DNA of 39,185 nucleotides, taken from contig NC_068987.1 in assembly GCF_001194135.2 (NCBI RefSeq), positions 110,213,565-110,252,749 of the forward strand, given 5' to 3'. The notes under the pieces are model-generated. The model saw only the letters and a program-made list of their open reading frames with translations, did not search any database and was not told the DNA's origin. This document shows, one piece after another, positions 1 through 11,117 of the stretch. The translations under genes and the position numbers were made by a program. Origin of the DNA: Octopus bimaculoides (lineage: Eukaryota). The first letter of the stretch is position 1; every line of letters starts with the position of its first letter.

Positions 1-134
1 ACCTCTCATCAATACGGAATAACTGATCTAAAAGGAATCAAGGTAGATGCTATCTAGAGAGATGACGACTGTTGAGTTGTCTGTCTTTCTTCATCTACTT
101 CTCCCTTCGTCATGTAGAATATGAGAAGACGAGG

Positions 135-172
<38 letters not shown>

Positions 173-326
173 GTAGTAAGACAGAGAGCGGAGGAGGGGG
201 TGAGGACGAGGAAGAGAAAAGAGAGAGAAAGCGACAGAAAACAATCCAAGAGAGATGAGAATACAGTTACAATGTATATGTGTTGTGTCGACGCCCCCAG
301 GCGAAGAAGTAGGACCTCCCAAGACA

Positions 327-360
327 TATAAATAGAGGGAGTCTGGCCGTGGTAGCAGTT
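327..360 (+). promoter_or_regulatory. TATA box plus Initiator-like motif (possibly an LTR-type promoter remnant)
   Basis: TATAAATAG at 327-335 and CAGTT at 356-360, with the A at 357 exactly 30 nt after the first T. Lies in a locally CpG-richer, non-microsatellite stretch. No LTR ends identified. Confidence 0.3.
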
Positions 361-554
361 GAGTAGAGATCATCCGAAGGTGCTAGATAGCAGTAGCGTT
401 GAGACATCAAAATATGCAAGCATGTATATATATAGATTTGTATGCATAAATGTATATATATACTTATAAAATATATACATTTAATATCATCATGCTCCAA
501 TGGTTGGATGGTGTGACACAATCCAATGGGGCCAGGGACTGCATTGTGCTAATG

Positions 555-600
555 CAATGTTTCCCAACCAGGGTCTGTCTCTATGACCCTTCGGGTTCCA
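555..600 (+). mobile_element. Possible hAT-type MITE terminal fragment
   Basis: CAATGTTTCCCAACC (555-569) resembles the CAGTGTTTCCCAAC-type hAT terminal repeat; the partner end was not found. Confidence 0.25.
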
Positions 601-629
601 TATATTTTGTTGTTATTGTGTATTCTGTT

Positions 630-822
630 CTTTCATTTGCTTCAGACATTTGACTGTGGCCAAGTTGGAGCACCACCTCGAGTCAAGCAAATCGACCACA
701 GGACTTATTCTTTGTCAGCCTAGTACTTATTCTATCGGTCTCTTTTGCTGAACCACTAAGTTATGGGAATGTAAACACACCAGCATCAGTTGTCAAGCGA
801 TGTTGGGGGGGGACAAACACGG

Positions 823-865
<43 letters not shown>

Positions 866-1017
866 CGACAGGCTTCTTTCAGTTTCCGTCTATCAAATCC
901 ACTCACAAGGCCCAAGGTTATATTGTAGAAGACTCTTGCCCAAGGTGCCACAGAGTGGGACTGAACCCGGAACCGTGTGGTTGGTAAGCAAGCTTCTTAC
1001 CACACAACCACGCCTGC
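630..1017 (-). mobile_element. tRNA-derived SINE family A, near full length
   Basis: Reverse-complement homolog of 13454-13872: A/B-box head at about 950-1017, central (TA)n/(CA)n tract, same 3' body. Confidence 0.9.
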
Positions 1018-1149
1018 AATAAACTGGTCATACTTCCACAATACAGAAAATATTAAAATCTTTTTTAATAAAATTTTTAATAATATTTAATTATAAAAAT
1101 AGAATTTTTTAAACATCAAATAGCTATGAGGGTCTTGTAGAATGAAATT

Positions 1150-1310
1150 GTATATAACATCGGAAATTTGCACCCAGGTTCAAAATTCCCCCAGGACACC
1201 TGATGAAGGCTGGAGAGTACATCAGCCGAAACGTTGTGTTAATAACAAACAAGATGAGGACAAATATCCATCAAATGTAAATAAAGTACATAATTCCTCA
1301 TCTCTCAACT
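1150..1310 (+). mobile_element. Short Penelope/retrozyme-like fragment carrying a hammerhead motif (boundaries uncertain)
   Basis: Non-microsatellite block around the hammerhead at 1195-1240, followed by an A-rich tail; no TSD found. Confidence 0.45.
1195..1240 (+). ncRNA. Minimal type-I hammerhead ribozyme motif
   Basis: Stem I GACAC(1195-1199)/GUGUU(1236-1240); core CUGAUGA (1200-1206) plus extra A; stem II GGCUG(1208-1212)/CAGCC(1223-1227); GAA (1228-1230); palindromic stem III ACGU (1231-1234); NUH site GUU (1233-1235). Confidence 0.72.
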
Positions 1311-1383
1311 GAAAAGGAGAAAAGATATATAATCTATTTAATGATGGATTACCTGGTCTTTGAATGGATTAATACACCATATC

Positions 1384-1575
1384 TTAATCCTTTATTATTC
1401 AGAATGCTCTATCAAATGTAATGCTTACTTATTCAATTTGTTTTGAATTAATCGTGTGTTAATCTCATAACATCAAAATTTTGATGATGCGGTTGTTTAT
1501 TTTTGGAATGACATTGTAGGAGAAGCGAGAGAGGCTCGATCTGGCCAGGTTGATATGGCTGGTTTAAATGTTAAA
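1384..1575 (+). mobile_element. TTAA-flanked piggyBac-like MITE, decayed copy
   Basis: Starts TTAA-TCCTTTA; body aligns with 20988-21182 (TCAAATGTAATGCTTA, TTTTGAATTAATC, GACATTGTAGG, GATCTGGCC, GGTTTAAATG); right end eroded. Confidence 0.7.
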
Positions 1576-2299
1576 AAAAAAAAAAGATGAGATGATCATA
1601 GCTGAAATGTGTTTGGTCATTGGAATGCTTTAACTGATAACTGGAACTAAAAGAACACCAATGATCATTGGCTTCAAGAACTTCAAGAAAAAGTTTACTT
1701 CTGTTAATGAGTGCTCCAGTATGATCCCAGTTGTGGTGACTAAAATGCATTAAGTTGTGTAAATCATGGAACCTAGTGGATCAAAGAATAGAAACCAATT
1801 TAATACAAGTGCCAGCAAGATTGAACAGATCAACTAAATTTATCTGATGACGAGAACCAGTAACAAAATGATTTATTTCAAGGATTAGACATCAACTAAG
1901 AACTTAGTGATTGCAACTAATGACAGACAGAATGGTTGATGGTTAATTTACAAATAGAAAGAGAAGATGATGGAGAATTTTTCAAACAAAAACCAGTGTT
2001 GGTTTACACCAGCATCAAATATACTAAGATGGAGAAAACATATTTCTGGAAGGCAACCATTAAATATAGAAGTATGTGTATACACACTATAATTCTATAC
2101 ATACATATGCTTATAATACACACACATATATATATATATATACATACATATATCTGATACATTTTATTTTTACTCTTAACTTTCTTCAAGCGTCAGACTA
2201 ATAATATTTGCTGTGAAGGTTCCATGTACTTTTGTTGTTTTATATTTACATTTCTCATTCATCCTAAATTGCCTATATAATATATATATATATATATAT

Positions 2300-2452
2300 C
2301 ATCATCATCATCATCGTTTAACGTCCGCTTTCCATGCTAGCATGGGTTGGACGAGTTGACTGAGGACTGGTGAAACCGGATGGCAACACCAGGCTCCAAT
2401 CTAATTTGGCAGAGTTTCTACAGCTGGATGCCCTTCCTAACACCAACCACTC
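2300..2452 (-). mobile_element. SINE family B 3' segment with (GAT)n tail
   Basis: About 98% identical (3 differences by eye) to the reverse complement of 28989-29144; homologous to the 3' part of 12408-12816. Confidence 0.88.
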
Positions 2453-2568
2453 ATATATATATATTTTATTATATGTATTTATTTTCTCCAAGTAAAAAAT
2501 AACTCGGATAAAATAAATTGGTTAATAGGTACCGGGGTAGCAACTCCTTGATATTTTGGGTATTTGAG

Positions 2569-2659
2569 TATATATAAATTTAAAGAATTGAGTAAACACA
2601 TATTATAACTGCATATTTATAAGTATGCAGTTATAATATGTGTTTACTCCATTCTTTAA

Positions 2660-2670
<11 letters not shown>
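2569..2670. repeat. 102-bp near-perfect palindrome (47-bp arms, 8-nt centre)
   Basis: Arm 2569-2615 is the reverse complement of 2624-2670 with one mismatch; centre TTTATAAG contains the palindrome TTATAA. Confidence 0.95.
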
Positions 2671-2704
<34 letters not shown>

Positions 2705-2934
2705 AGGCATGCACACATACACACTTATAAGTCTGTGTATACACATGCAAAATCCCATACACACACACACAAAGGCAAGTATATAGAAATGGCTTCATTT
2801 TCATGTTAAATCACGCACTTCACACAAGGGATCAATGTTGTACAAAGATAAAGCTGAATGAAATAATTACTTGGAGGACATCTGAACACAAAAAGCCAAG
2901 GAACACCACACTCTGTTTTAACATGTGTTAAGTC

Positions 2935-3015
2935 ACTCACATGCACACACATCTATGTATACATGCATATGTATTAGTGTGTGTGTGTGTGTGTGTGTAT
3001 ATATANNNNNNNNNN

Positions 3016-3046
<31 letters not shown>

Positions 3047-3137
3047 CCATATATATATATATGTGTGTGTGCACACATGCATATCTATACCTACACACGT
3101 GTGTACATATATAAACGCACATGTATGTATGTGTGTG

Positions 3138-3195
<58 letters not shown>

Positions 3196-3320
3196 CATAC
3201 ATGCACATATATAAATTCATACATATACACACACATATACACAAATACACATATATATACACACACACAAAATCACATATTCATACATATACACACATGC
3301 ATACACATATATACCCCCCA
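2935..3320. repeat. Compound (TA)n/(TG)n/(CA)n microsatellite field
   Basis: Dinucleotide arrays directly visible; contains a 10-N gap. Confidence 0.95.
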
Positions 3321-4150
3321 CCACACACAAACAATAGTGGAGGCACAGATGTAAGGGTCAACATATGCTACATACACACACATACACACACTCACATATA
3401 CGCACCTCCCCCACCCAAAAGATAACCGGGGGGGGAGGGCACGGACATAAGGCTCAACATATGTAAGGCGTTGAAGGTGTGAGCTTATAAATAACCAACC
3501 AAGCTATTCTAGTTGTCACTTATATTCACTAATACCCACCTGTGCATGCCTCTATGTCTACCTGAGGCCCCCCCCCCGAAGGTAGGTAGGTATTACAGAA
3601 GTGTGGGTGGGTTGTAGGTGAGATGGAGTGTGGGGGGGGGTTACAGTGCCCAGGGATTTCTAAGCTTGTGAAAAAAATGTATAAACAACAGGAAAACCTC
3701 TCCTCTGGGTGTGACAATAGCTGCAATATTGACATAGTCAAGAGGTAATTATTTAAAATAAACATTCCAGTTCAGCCACGACCACCACCACTGCCACCAT
3801 CACCACTAGCACGAGCACTGCCACCACCACCACCACCACTGTCAGTTTAATCAGCCCTTTCTCATGAACATGGCTAACAAAGATTCTGAATGATCCTTTC
3901 AAATAGATTGATGATGATGATGAATGGCAATAATAATAATAATAACAATAATGATAATAATGATGATGATTATGATGATAAAAACTCCAATTGCAATGAT
4001 TAACAACAACAACAACAACAACAACAACTATGGCGAGGAAGAGGATTTTTAGCAGAGGCACCCTTCAAATGGCAGCTGGGAAATTTCCCAATAAGACAGT
4101 CAGCTAGGTAAACAAACCGAAAGGTGGGAAAACAGAAAACCCGGACAAAG

Positions 4151-4199
<49 letters not shown>

Positions 4200-4268
4200 A
4201 CCACACACATGCATGTGGTATGGTTTTATATGTGTGCATATATACATAGATACATACACACACATAAT

Positions 4269-4326
<58 letters not shown>

Positions 4327-4388
4327 ACACACACATATATGAACATAGGTGTGTTTCATCAACTTTTACCATTCATAGTGGATGCATA

Positions 4389-4422
<34 letters not shown>

Positions 4423-4425
4423 CTA

Positions 4426-4600
4426 TCTTCATCATCATCATTTAAAGTCCGTTTTCCATGGGTTGGACAGTTTAACAGGAGCTGACCAGCCTAAGGGCTG
4501 TTCAGGCTCCCTGTCTGTTCTGGTATGGTTTCTATGGCTCGATGCCCTTCTTAATGCCAACAACTTTACAGAGTGTAGTGGTGCTTTTATGCAACACTGT
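4426..4600 (-). mobile_element. SINE family B, decayed 3' segment
   Basis: (CAT)n-TTAAAGTCCGTTTTCCATGGGTTGGAC...GATGCCCTTC aligns with the other family B copies. Confidence 0.75.
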
Positions 4601-4961
4601 ACGTATGTATTTATAAAATTTTAGTCAAAAATGGAAGAGCAGTATAGACCTAGTCCCAGGGTGCGTTTTTAACAGAAGCAAAGTCTACTCTGTTGGAAGC
4701 ATATACACCAGACCAGGCCCCTGGTTGGAGGGCGTCTTCCCTCCTTCACTTCTACTGGTCTTCAAGGTGCAGAGAAAAGCTACAGCCATTACCTTTACTC
4801 CTAATTAAGCAATCTACCTATCTATATTTATTCTTTTACAAGAACAGTATTCAAGAATACTATGTATTTTACAGGAAGCATCGACTAATCCTTCAGTTTA
4901 ATGTAAAACTGTTTTTATTATAACTCAACATAAAAACAAACATTAATGTATCTCTATTTAC

Positions 4962-5042
4962 CTCTCAATACATCTGTGTCACTGACAAGGTTGCAGCAAG
5001 TATGATGAAAATTCTGATACCAAACAGTAAATGTTTTACTAT
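4962..5042 (-). CDS. Speculative 81-nt internal exon (phase 1-1), SKTFTVWYQNFHHTCCNLVSDTDVLR, product unknown
   Basis: Minus strand cattcag|...GAG|gtaaat, open in one frame, in unique sequence. Acceptor polypyrimidine tract is weak and no homology is recognised. Confidence 0.2.
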
Positions 5043-5206
5043 CTGAATGACTAATATCTATCTTCCACTATATTCCATGCTTACAATTGTTTTACTTTCA
5101 AAACACATTCTCAGAACAAATCACTTGGCAGGTGAGTACATTACCTCTATATGTGCACAGACACACATAAAATGTATATATGTGTGTGTGTGTGTGCATA
5201 TACATT

Positions 5207-5239
<33 letters not shown>

Positions 5240-5262
<23 letters not shown>

Positions 5263-5468
5263 GCACACACACAGGAAATATATACACACAAGCAAAATGT
5301 ATATGCATGCACACACAAACACACAGAGAATGTATATGCACACACACACACAAAATATATATACACACACACACAAAATGTATATGCACGCACACACACA
5401 CAAAATGTATATGTACACACACACACACACACACAAAATATATATGCACACACACACACACACAAAAT
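5240..5468. repeat. Minisatellite of (CA)n-AAAATGTATATG units, about 23-30 bp each
   Basis: The unit ACACACAAAATGTATATGC recurs about 7 times with variable CA length. Confidence 0.85.
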
Positions 5469-6183
5469 GAGTGCCTTTATAGGCCTAAAAAAAGCAACGA
5501 ACCTTGATAGAATAAAAAACACACTATTATAAAAAAGACTAATGTTTATTATCATTTTCAACGATAGTGACTTTGAAGTTTCATAGGTGCTGTTGAAACT
5601 TCAGAATTCTTGTCAATCTTTAATTTGTGTGTGTGTGTGTGTTGTGTACTGCTTTGTGATGGCTTGAACACACACACAAACACACACACATGTGTGTGTG
5701 TGTGTATCAGAAAGGCAAACAGTGTGTTTGACATGTCCACTTGAGTGGCTGTAAGAGAGAGTGGACAGCAAGCTGGTTCGGCTTGAATATCTACAGCCAG
5801 TTATTAGAAAGTAAATTTGATACAAAAGCAGGGAACATACTTCAGAGAGCGGAGGACATGACGAACCAATCAAATGGAATGTGTTTAGGATAATAGGATA
5901 GTAAATAAAGGAAGATGAGAATGCAAAACAAAAGAAAAAACAAAAAAAATTAAAAAAGAAGAAAAATTGAAAAAGTAGGAAATGAAGAAAGAAAGGCAAG
6001 TGCAGCCCTTCTCACGGAAAACCTTTTGTAAGCTTGTCAAAAGCCCTCCACCCACCTCCAGGCCACCTTCTTCCAAACACCAGATCTTTGGAAATTCATA
6101 TCCAATTGAGCTCATCTCTGCTTTTGACTATTTGTAGAATACCTATGCTATACCAGTGACCCCCACCCCCACTTCAAAGAACT

Positions 6184-6527
6184 GGTTGTTGTTGTTGTCC
6201 TTGGTGGTGGTGGTGGTGGTGGTGGTGGAGTTGGAGATGTTAGCCATGGTGTGGGAGGTGGTGTTGGTGTTAGTAGTATTGGTGTTGGTGTTGGCGTGAA
6301 GGTGGTAGTAGTGTCGGTAGTATTGGTGGTGGTGGTTTCAGTAGTGTTGGTGGTGTAGGTGTTGTTGTTGGTGGTGGTGGTGTCGGAGATATTAGCCGTG
6401 GCGTTGATGGTGGTGGTTTGGCGGTGTTGTTGTTGTTTGGGGGTGGGGTGGTCAGTGTTAGTTAAATAAAGAAATAATCAAAGAAACTGAACAAGAAGGG
6501 AGTGGGAGGAGGAGGAGGAGGAGGAGG
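6184..6527. repeat. Degenerate (GGT)n/(GTT)n array followed by (GGA)n
   Basis: Directly visible trinucleotide low-complexity tract ending at an N gap. Confidence 0.9.
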
Positions 6528-6775
6528 NNNNNNNNNNNNNNNNNNNNNNNNNNNNNNNNNNNNNNNNNNNNNNNNNNNNNNNNNNNNNNNNNNNNNNNNN
6601 NNNNNNNNNNNNNNNNNNNNNNNNNNNNNNNNNNNNNNNNNNNNNNNNNNNNNNNNNNNNNNNNNNNAGGGAGAAGAAAGACCTCCCCCCCCATGCTATA
6701 TGCTAAGTCTTAAAAGGCTGACATGATACTGTTCCCTTCTCTGGTGTTCTCACACATACACACACATATGCATAA

Positions 6776-7057
6776 CCATCATCATCATCATCATCATCAT
6801 CGTTTAACGTCGGTTTTCCATGCTGGCATGGGTTGGACGGTTCGACTGGGGTCTGGGAGGCCAAGAGACTGCACTAGGCTTCAATCTGATCTGGCAGTGT
6901 TTCTACAGCTGGATGCCCTTCCTGTCAACCACTCTGAGAGTGTAGTGGGTGCGTTTTATGTGCCACCGGCACAGGGGCCAGAGGAGCTGGCATGTGCCAC
7001 CTGCACAGAAGCCAGTCGAAGCGGCACTGGCATTGGCCACGTTAAGGTGGTGCTTTT
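6776..7057 (-). mobile_element. SINE family B, longer copy including internal repeat units
   Basis: (CAT)n-CGTTTAACGTCGGTTTTCCATGCTGGCATGGGTTGGAC...; reverse-complement homolog of 12540-12816. Confidence 0.85.
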
Positions 7058-7078
7058 GTGTGTGTATGTAGGTGTACT

Positions 7079-7345
7079 TGTGTGGTAAAAAATTTGCTTC
7101 CCAACCACATGGGCCTAGGTTCAGTCCCACTGTGTGGAAGCTTGTTGTGTGTGTGTGTGTGTGTGTTTGTCCCAAAACTTAGCAAACCAGTGCTGATTTG
7201 TTTACATCGCCATAACTTAGGGGTTTGGCAACTGGGACCAATAAAATAAGCACAAGACTCAAAATATAAGTAGCAAGGTTGATTGTTGAAGTCAACCCTT
7301 CAATTCAGTCCTGCCATCATGACTAAAACAAGTCAAAAAGCAAAA
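7079..7345 (+). mobile_element. SINE family A, decayed and internally deleted
   Basis: Head GTGTGGTAA...CCAACCACATGG...GTTCAGTCCCACTG and body CATAACTTAG...GACTAAAACAAG align with 13454-13872. Confidence 0.75.
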
Positions 7346-7499
7346 AGATAAGAAATGAAAAATCAACATTTACTCTCCCACTGTTGCTCTGCCCTTTATT
7401 CAGTCACCTAGGTAACAGAAAGAATCAACCACTTATAATGAGATTTCCAAGCATTTGAAAATAATTTATTTCACTTCCTAAATCACAGGTGGAATACTT

Positions 7500-7521
7500 T
7501 TGATCCCAGGCCTGGGATCAA
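7500..7521. repeat. Perfect 22-bp palindrome TTGATCCCAGGCCTGGGATCAA
   Basis: Self-reverse-complementary, checked base by base. Confidence 0.95.
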
Positions 7522-8457
7522 CTAAACTGGAACTAACTAATCGACAGCAGAGAAATTTCACATCATTTTCACTACTGTACTAAATCCAAATTATGGAACT
7601 TATTTCACCTGACTGACACAAGAACAAATTCATCCTCCACTACTTTAAAACACACAATAAAACCTTCACCCTTCTATTTTGATGCAACATGATGAATGGC
7701 ACATGGCAGCAGAGACTGCATGAGTGACCATCATGATAGTGCTGAAAGCTGTTTTAAAATATTTGGCTGTTATCTGTTACTTCAGAATCCAATGATTAGT
7801 ACAGTCGACTGTAAGATTACAGAAAGCCTTTCAGTATGGAATATGTAATCCTGCTTATTTTGCCACACAATAAATATAATAGACACACAAACACACACAC
7901 GTACTCTTTATCTGTCGATTAACTGGACTACCAATGGTTTCACACATGAGATTTCACAATTTTTCAAGCATTCCACATAAGAACGGAGATAATCCGCTTC
8001 AATATTGGGCAGACGTTCTCACTGTTTGCTACTATCATACTGTATATATATATAACATGAGACGCATATCTGTAGAGTATAACATTTTCATGAGCTTGCA
8101 AATATAGCAATATCTAGCACATGAAGAACTAATTGAACAGATAAATAACAGAAACATAGTTAAAATATTTAGTGTAATGATGTAAGTTTACATGATAAAT
8201 ATATATATATAAGCTACAACATACAAAACATTTCTAGAATATACTTTACATACATACATATATATTACATATTTATACAAGCACACGCATACACTGGCAT
8301 GTGTATATGTGTTTATATATGTGTGTATATACAAACAAAGACATTATACATGTATAAGTGACAGCTGCAATAACTGTACGTACACACACACACACACACA
8401 CAAATCTGTTATTGACCCTGCAATGTTCTCATCATCCATCACCCGCCTGGAAAATTA

Positions 8458-8483
8458 TCATAATAATAATAATAATAATAATA

Positions 8484-8520
<37 letters not shown>

Positions 8521-8760
8521 TAATAATAATGATAATAATAATAATAATGGTAATAATAATGATAATAATAAATCTACCAGAAATAACTTTTTCTCAGAAA
8601 GAACTATCAATAGATTATCAAAAAAAAAAAGCCAGCCAAAAATGAAAAACCCAACACACACAAAAAACAATAATGATATACATACCTATGGTTGAGATGA
8701 TGATGATAATATTATTATTAATAATGCTAATAACAATAATAATAATAATATTAATAATAA
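8458..8760. repeat. (AAT)n microsatellite arrays
   Basis: Directly visible at 8458-8570 and 8695-8760. Confidence 0.95.
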
Positions 8761-8812
8761 AGACGATGGCATCAAAGGGGAGCAGTGATTGGTGGGTTAT
8801 CAATAAAGTTGC

Positions 8813-8844
8813 ACTTACCTAGAAAAGAGAAGAAATATTGTCAA
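8813..8844 (-). promoter_or_regulatory. Candidate recursive splice site (3' acceptor fused to 5' donor)
   Basis: Minus strand reads TTGAC-AATA-TTTCTTCTCTTTTC-TAG|GTAAGT: branch-point-like TTGAC, 14-nt pyrimidine tract, TAG, then a consensus donor. Junction lies between 8819 and 8818. Confidence 0.45.
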
Positions 8845-9070
8845 TATTTTAAGTACAGCAATTGTAACAACAACAACAACAACAACAACAATGGCAAGAG
8901 AGTAATTACAACTTTAACACAATGAAGAGGGATATCATATATAATTGTGTGTGCTTGTGTATGTGTGTGTAAGAAGGGGACTTACATGTATGTGTTTGCG
9001 GCTGTATATATATATATATATATACGTGTGTAAGTGATGTGTGTGTATGTATTTGTGTGTGCATTTGTAT

Positions 9071-9280
9071 ATTTGTGAATGTTTGAGTTTGTCCATTCAG
9101 ACATGTGTGTGTGTGTTTGTGAGTGTATTCATGAATGTGTATATGTATATGTTTGTGTGTGGGAGTTTGTGTATGTGTGTGTGTTTGCGTATTCGCGAGT
9201 GTTTCCGTTTGTCCATTCAGATACGTGTGTACGTGTGTGAGTGTATTCACGAACGTGTATATGTAAATGTTTGTTCGTGG
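9071..9280. repeat. Two diverged tandem copies of an approximately 120-bp unit
   Basis: GTTTGTCCATTCAGA...GTGAGTGTATTCA(T/C)GAA(T/C)GTGTATATGTA occurs at about 9071-9162 and 9191-9280. Confidence 0.8.
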
Positions 9281-9528
9281 GTGTGCTTGTGTGTTTCTGT
9301 GTGTTTGTTTATGATAGTGCACACAGGCGTTTTGCAAAAGTGAAATTATACATAAACATTTGGATATTTCTCTACAGAAACCATTTTGGGAAGGAACAAT
9401 TCAAAGAGAATAATGCATAAGGTGTGGAGTTTAGAGAACTGGATGCGCACACATCCTCTCAAAAACATACACACACGTACACTCACATACACATACCCTC
9501 AAAAGCACATTGACGCACACACACACTG

Positions 9529-9529
<1 letters not shown>

Positions 9530-9587
<58 letters not shown>

Positions 9588-9873
9588 GACACAGAGAGAG
9601 AGACAGAGAGAAACAAACAGATAGTCACACATTGATATAGGGAGAAAGACAAAAAGACACTAAGAAATGAAGGTTTCCATGACACTCATAAAGAGAGAAA
9701 GAAGAGAAAGGAAAACAAGAAAGAGAGAGTGGGAGGGAGAGAGAATACAAGGGTTAGTGAGAGAGAAAGAGTGACAGAGAGAAAGAAAGAGTGAGAGAGA
9801 AAGGAAAGTGAGAAAGTGATAGAGAAAAAGAGTGACAGAGAAAGAGAAAGTGATAAAGAAAGAGTGAGTGTGT

Positions 9874-9928
<55 letters not shown>

Positions 9929-9945
9929 TGAGACAGAGACAGAAA
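9530..9945. repeat. (GA)n-rich microsatellite field
   Basis: Directly visible. Confidence 0.95.
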
Positions 9946-11047
9946 AAAGCCTGATAGCAACGGAAGAGTTTCGGACTGACATGGTTAGAGAACAGCGAAT
10001 GGAAAGCAGAGCNNNNNNNNNNNNNNNNNNNNNNNNNNNNNNNNNNNNNNNNNNNNNNNNNNNNNNNNNNNNNNNNNNNNNNNNNNNNNNNNNNNNNNNN
10101 NNNNNNNNNNNNNNNNNNNNNNNNNNNNNNNNNNNNNNNNNNNNNNNNNNNNNNNNNNNNNNNNNNNNNNNNNNNNNNNNNNNNNNNNNNNNNNNNNNNN
10201 NNNNNNNNNNNNNNNNNNNNNNNNNNNNNNNNNNNNNNNNNNNNNNNNNNNNNNNNNNNNNNNNNNNNNNNNNNNNNNNNNNNNNNNNNNNNNNNNNNNN
10301 NNNNNNNNNNNNNNNNNNNNNNNNNNNNNNNNNNNNNNNNNNNNNNNNNNNNNNNNNNNNNNNNNNNNNNNNNNNNNNNNNNNNNNNNNNNNNNNNNNNN
10401 NNNNNNNNNNNNNNNNNNNNNNNNNNNNNNNNNNNNNNNNNNNNNNNNNNNNNNNNNNNNNNNNNNNNNNNNNNNNNNNNNNNNNNNNNNNNNNNNNNNN
10501 NNNNNNNNNNNNNNNNNNNNNNNNNNNNNNNNNNNNNNNNNNNNNNNNNNNNNNNNNNNNNNNNNNNNNNNNNNNNNNNNNNNNNNNNNNNNNNNNNNNN
10601 NNNNNNNNNNNNNNNNNNNNNNNNNNNNNNNNNNNNNNNNNNNNNNNNNNNNNNNNNNNNNNNNNNNNNNNNNNNNNNNNNNNNNNNNNNNNNNNNNNNN
10701 NNNNNNNNNNNNNNNNNNNNNNNNNNNNNNNNNNNNNNNNNNNNNNNNNNNNNNNNNNNNNNNNNNNNNNNNNNNNNNNNNNNNNNNNNNNNNNNNNNNN
10801 NNNNNNNNNNNNNNNNNNNNNNNNNNNNNNNNNNNNNNNNNNNNNNNNNNNNNNNNNNNNNNNNNNNNNNNNNNNNNNNNNNNNNNNNNNNNNNNNNNNN
10901 NNNNNNNNNNNACATATAGGTGTGCATTGCGTGTGTGTAAATATATCTATGTATATATATGTGTGCATGTTCATGTATGTGTGTAGATATATCAATGTGT
11001 ATGTATTTTGTTTGTGCATGTATGTGTTACCTATGCGGCATGCATGA

Positions 11048-11117
11048 GGCTTTGATCATAAGGTCTGCTAAATCAGAGCACAGAGCATGCTCGGGGTTAA
11101 ACAACAACAACAACAAC
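11048..11117 (+). mobile_element. Repeat family G 3' end with (CAA)n tail (probable SINE tail)
   Basis: TTTGATCATA(A)GGTCTGCT...GGGGTTAAACAACAAC is shared with 17684-17752 and 23286-23370. Confidence 0.65.

Noticed and set aside
1845-1880. CTGATGA at about 1845
   Set aside because: Not followed by a stem II and GAAA.
5885-6115. ORF MSSIGYEFPKIWCLEEGG
   Set aside because: No recognisable family and it runs into a poly-T low-complexity tract; the opposite strand is equally open.
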